DNA of 64,000 nucleotides from Candidatus Poribacteria bacterium (GTDB lineage: Bacteria > Poribacteria > WGA-4E > PCPOR2b): contig OZ240245.1 of NCBI GenBank assembly GCA_965198175.1, positions 1,952,001-2,016,000 on the forward strand, read 5' to 3'. The notes under the pieces were generated by a model. That model saw only the letters and a program-made list of their open reading frames with translations. It was not told the DNA's origin and did not search any database. Shown piece after piece: positions 60,583 through 64,000 of this stretch (position 1 is its first letter; each line of letters opens with the position of its first letter). A program made the translations under genes and the position numbers.

Positions 60583-60611
60583 ATTATAGCATTCGACTAT
60601 AATTGTGTCAA
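60583..60611 (-). promoter_or_regulatory. Perfect-consensus sigma70 promoter with extended -10
   Basis: TTGACA, 17 bp spacer ending TGC, TATAAT on the minus strand; ~400 bp upstream of arc. Confidence 0.8.
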
Positions 60612-60889
60612 GAAAAATATCCAGAACTAGCAGGGGTTGCGCTGTTTAGATACAGGGACGGAAGCCTTGTGGCATACCATCTCTAACGACAATTTAACCA
60701 TCGTTCAATCAGGTTGTTATCCCTCCGACATTCTTGGAGAATTCAACAATACTTTAAGGTATCTAATTCCTTAAAGTGAATCCTCAACTAAATCTTCAAA
60801 AATTGCACTCGACTGGGTATCGCGCTTCGTCGAGACTGCGACAAATCTCGGACGTTGCATTTTCCCGTTCCCTTGGTGCAACCCAATGC

Positions 60890-61942
60890 CTATTCTTCAA
60901 TGGGTTCGCCACCATCAACCTCCTCACGGACGGAGGCAGTGCCTGGTGGGCTATGAATTCCCAGATTTTCTCGAATTTTGGCTTCGATTTCAGCAGCAAT
61001 TTCGGGGTGCTCTTTTAGGTAGAGTTTGACATTATTCCTGCCTTGTCCAAGCCGCTCGCCTCCATAGGCAAACCAAGAACCGCTTTTCTCTATAATGCCT
61101 CCATCCACACCGACATCAAGAATACTTCCCTCCTTCGAGATGCCATCACCAAAGGTCAGATCGAACTCAGCTTGCCGGAATGGCGGAGCCACTTTATTTT
61201 TGGCAATCTTGACGCGGACGCGGTTCCCAATCGCTTCGTTTCCTTCTTTTAGGCTTTCGATTCGACGCATTTCAAGCCGCACAGAGGCGTGAAATTTCAG
61301 CGCTAGTCCGCCGGGGGTGGTTTCCGGGTTGCCAAACATAACACCAATCTTCTGACGAATCTGGTTGGTAAAAACAACGCACGTTTTTGACCGATTCGTA
61401 ATACCGCTGAGTTTCCGCAGCGCTTTAGACATCAAACGTGGCAATAATCCTACGTGAGCATCTCCCATATCTCCCTCAATTTCCGCCTGAGGTGTCAACG
61501 CTGCCACCGAATCAACCACAACAATGTCAATTGCTCCGCTGCGAATGAGGGTTTCCACAATGTCCAACGCTTGTTCGCCGGTATCGGGTTGAGAGATGAG
61601 TACCGCATCCATATCCACACCGATGCGTTTTGCATAGGTGGGGTCAAGTGCGTGTTCAACATCGACAAACGCAGCAACCCCGCCTTTTTTTTGTGCTTCA
61701 GCTACAACATGGAGAGCAAGGGTTGTTTTTCCGCTGGACTCATGACCAAAAATTTCGACGATTCGACCACGAGGAACTCCACCCACACCGAGCGCAATGT
61801 CTAGCGCAAGTGAACCCGTTGAAATAGATTCGATAGGAACAATATCTTTACTGTTAAAGCGCATTATCGCACCTTTACCGTGTTGCCGTTCAATCTGCGA
61901 TATGGCGAGATCAATTGTCTTGTTCTTTTCATCTCTTGTCAT
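60890..61942 (-). CDS. recA: Recombinase A
   Basis: [41 protein letters not shown]. Confidence 0.98.
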   Translation of the reverse strand: MTRDEKNKTIDLAISQIERQHGKGAIMRFNSKDIVPIESISTGSLALDIALGVGGVPRGRIVEIFGHESSGKTTLALHVVAEAQKKGGVAAFVDVEHALDPTYAKRIGVDMDAVLISQPDTGEQALDIVETLIRSGAIDIVVVDSVAALTPQAEIEGDMGDAHVGLLPRLMSKALRKLSGITNRSKTCVVFTNQIRQKIGVMFGNPETTPGGLALKFHASVRLEMRRIESLKEGNEAIGNRVRVKIAKNKVAPPFRQAEFDLTFGDGISKEGSILDVGVDGGIIEKSGSWFAYGGERLGQGRNNVKLYLKEHPEIAAEIEAKIRENLGIHSPPGTASVREEVDGGEPIEE

Positions 61943-61943
61943 C

Positions 61944-62531
61944 TCAAGCCTCCGTATTCAATCTACAAGATTTTAAGGGGGTATAAACCGCACCTTTCAA
62001 ATGAAGTTGGCTCCGCACAAGTGTAATCTCGTGAACTGTTATTGAGGCGCCTTCAATTTCCTCATATCGGTTAAACGTGTCAGCAAAAGGTCTTAGATCC
62101 ATCCGCCCCTTAATTCTGGCGATTGTTAAGTGAGGGTTGGACGTCCTTTCATCGCGGGGACATCCGCACCGATCTAGTTCAAGGTTGATTTCTCGGGCTA
62201 GTTCGTTCATCTCCGCTGCCCCAACTTTAACGCCACACCAAACCACCCTTGGGCGTGCCAGACTCGGAAATGCACCAATTCCGCCAACCTGTAGCGTAAA
62301 AGGGGCATGATTCGTCGCCACTTGTCCGATGGCTGCTTCGACGGTATCAATTTGAGATTGTTCAACCTCTCCCAAGAATTTTAGCGTGAGGTGAAAATTC
62401 CTGGGGTTAACCCATGACGCTTGGCGGATACCTTTTCTGAGTATATCTTGAATCTGTGCTAACCTATCTTGAATCGCACACGGGATTTCGACCGCTACGA
62501 AACAACGAACTCGTTGCGTTGTGTTTTTCAT
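61944..62531 (-). CDS. thpR: RNA 2',3'-cyclic phosphodiesterase (2H family)
   Basis: HLTLKFLG and PHLTIAR motifs; adjacent to recA. Confidence 0.92.
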   Translation of the reverse strand: MKNTTQRVRCFVAVEIPCAIQDRLAQIQDILRKGIRQASWVNPRNFHLTLKFLGEVEQSQIDTVEAAIGQVATNHAPFTLQVGGIGAFPSLARPRVVWCGVKVGAAEMNELAREINLELDRCGCPRDERTSNPHLTIARIKGRMDLRPFADTFNRYEEIEGASITVHEITLVRSQLHLKGAVYTPLKSCRLNTEA

Positions 62532-62605
62532 GATCCCTAACATTGAAAAATAGTAATCACCAACGTCACGGCTTGGCATCAATACTCATGCCTGATGCGA
62601 ACAAT

Positions 62606-63235
62606 TTAGAGATCGTCATCGGTGTATATATCCACTGACCGCATCAGGTCATACAGCGCCTTCCGATTATTATACAAGAATTCCAAACCGGACACCACTG
62701 TTAAAATGAGCGGGATGTACATCATAAAATAGATAGGTCCGAACGGGTGCACAATAAGATCGGCGGGAAGAACTGGTAGTCCCCCGAACTCATAGATAAC
62801 AAGTAAAGCCAAGCTAATTGTAATGACAACCATCTGGGAAGATGTCTTATATTTCCCCCACTTAGCTGATGCGACGACGGTCCCGTGCGTTGCAATAAAT
62901 GCAATCCGTAGCCCTGTAACGACAAATTCACGTCCTATGATTGTAATAACCATCCAGCCTGGAACCAATCCTTCTCCAAACCGGGTAAGACAGATTAATG
63001 CTGCACCAACAAGGAGTTTATCCGCAAGTGGATCCATAAATTTTCCAAAACTGGTTGTTCCTTGCCGCCGTGCAATTCGTCCGTCAAAGAAATCCGTAAG
63101 CGACGACACCACAAATATGATGAGCGCCGCAAGCAAACGTTGGTAGCGAAAAGAGAGCATCAAAAGCGGTACCATGACGATGCGTGACATCGTTAGGTAA
63201 TTCGCCAGGCGCATGAGGCTGTGAATGTTCATCAT
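62606..63235 (-). CDS. pgsA: CDP-diacylglycerol--glycerol-3-phosphate 3-phosphatidyltransferase
   Basis: DFFDGRIARR..TT.FGKFMDPLADK, GREF.VTGLR, GKYKT. Confidence 0.92.
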   Translation of the reverse strand: MMNIHSLMRLANYLTMSRIVMVPLLMLSFRYQRLLAALIIFVVSSLTDFFDGRIARRQGTTSFGKFMDPLADKLLVGAALICLTRFGEGLVPGWMVITIIGREFVVTGLRIAFIATHGTVVASAKWGKYKTSSQMVVITISLALLVIYEFGGLPVLPADLIVHPFGPIYFMMYIPLILTVVSGLEFLYNNRKALYDLMRSVDIYTDDDL

Positions 63236-63265
63236 AAGACTTTTGTACGTCGTGAGCTATGCAAT

Positions 63266-63985
63266 TCACTCATCGGATGAAAGATCAATGACTTCGACAT
63301 CGTCGGGAATCACAAACTTAAAGGCATCAGGTGCTACTTTCTCATCCCGCCGAATTTTTTTCAACGAAACTGTTACACTGAGGGCGCTTCTGTCTTCCCT
63401 TTCAGATCTGTAACCAAACTGCACAGGCAACCAATCACTTGACTGAACCCATACCTCTAAGGTTTCGCGCGCGGGACGGGTTTCATCTACCGGTTGGGTT
63501 AACATATGAGGCTTAGGCGTCAATTCGATCTGGTAGACGCCTTTCTTGTTGGCAGTGGGATCTGGAACTAGGCTCATATCATAATTCTCCTGGACATCTT
63601 CCAATGTAGCCCCGATTCCCGGTAATAATTCTTTGCGATCCGGATTGTTCCAACGCATCTTATTGACCTGATTCAGCATCGGCGTATAAGACCAAGAGTG
63701 ATCGCCATCAAGTATAATTAATTGTACAGTCTGAGTTGGATCCTCTCGGCTCAAATACTCCTTGCGCAACAGGTTGGGCTTGCTAAATACCAATCTTCCA
63801 CTCGCAATGCTTTTGTTGCCATCTTGAAGCGTCGTCTCCTCAAACTCAGCGCTAAAGCTCCTGGACGTTTCATAAGCAGCTTTAAACTTGTGAAATATCT
63901 CATCAACCGTATAAGCAAATCCCAACTTCCCACCGGCAATCAACAAGAACACCAGCATTTTTCCAAAACATAGCCGTTTCATCAT
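63266..63985 (-). CDS. lolA: Outer-membrane lipoprotein carrier LolA-like protein
   Basis: Signal peptide, FSAEFEE, SG.L.FSKP, DG..SW.Y.P.LNQV, FKF.IP.DV. Confidence 0.78.
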   Translation of the reverse strand: MMKRLCFGKMLVFLLIAGGKLGFAYTVDEIFHKFKAAYETSRSFSAEFEETTLQDGNKSIASGRLVFSKPNLLRKEYLSREDPTQTVQLIILDGDHSWSYTPMLNQVNKMRWNNPDRKELLPGIGATLEDVQENYDMSLVPDPTANKKGVYQIELTPKPHMLTQPVDETRPARETLEVWVQSSDWLPVQFGYRSEREDRSALSVTVSLKKIRRDEKVAPDAFKFVIPDDVEVIDLSSDE

Positions 63986-64000
63986 CTTAATCCCCCGGAC

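Noticed and set aside
1..64000. tRNA, rRNA, tmRNA or integron integrase genes
   Set aside because: No cloverleaf, rRNA signature or tyrosine-recombinase motif recognised by eye; tRNAscan-SE and Infernal would be needed to exclude them formally.

Overview
Bacterial chromosomal window from a diderm organism (lolA and an outer-membrane barrel gene are present). The gene types and intergenic repeats suggest Candidatus Poribacteria, but that is inference only. Housekeeping and metabolic genes: urtE-ureDABC, polA, rsgA, a cis-prenyltransferase, ileS, purD, ftsY, two cyclophilins, leuCD, ppdK and lolA-pgsA-thpR-recA. A complete actinobacterial-type Pup-proteasome operon (arc-dop-pup-prcB-prcA-pafA) sits behind a perfect sigma70 promoter and a ~400-nt leader. 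Accessory material includes: (i) an integrase-less, decaying integron cassette array at 4.0-7.5 kb with attC sites and an RNase H-TPR fusion; (ii) a defence-like islet (GIY-YIG nuclease, Schlafen/AlbA_2 protein, orphan hsdS); (iii) a methyltransferase bracketed by IS-like inverted repeats; (iv) an NfeD + two-flotillin operon; (v) a 1633-aa SF1 helicase-nuclease whose tail runs through a dual-coding, mobile-element-like fragment. The most novel-looking items are a stand-alone RelA/SpoT zinc-finger (RIS) domain fused to a DUF2250 winged helix, an Ile/Thr leader-peptide attenuator in front of a GVHH-motif IleRS2, and the dual-coding region. No tRNA, rRNA or CRISPR array was seen. All family calls come from motif recognition by eye, not from database searches.
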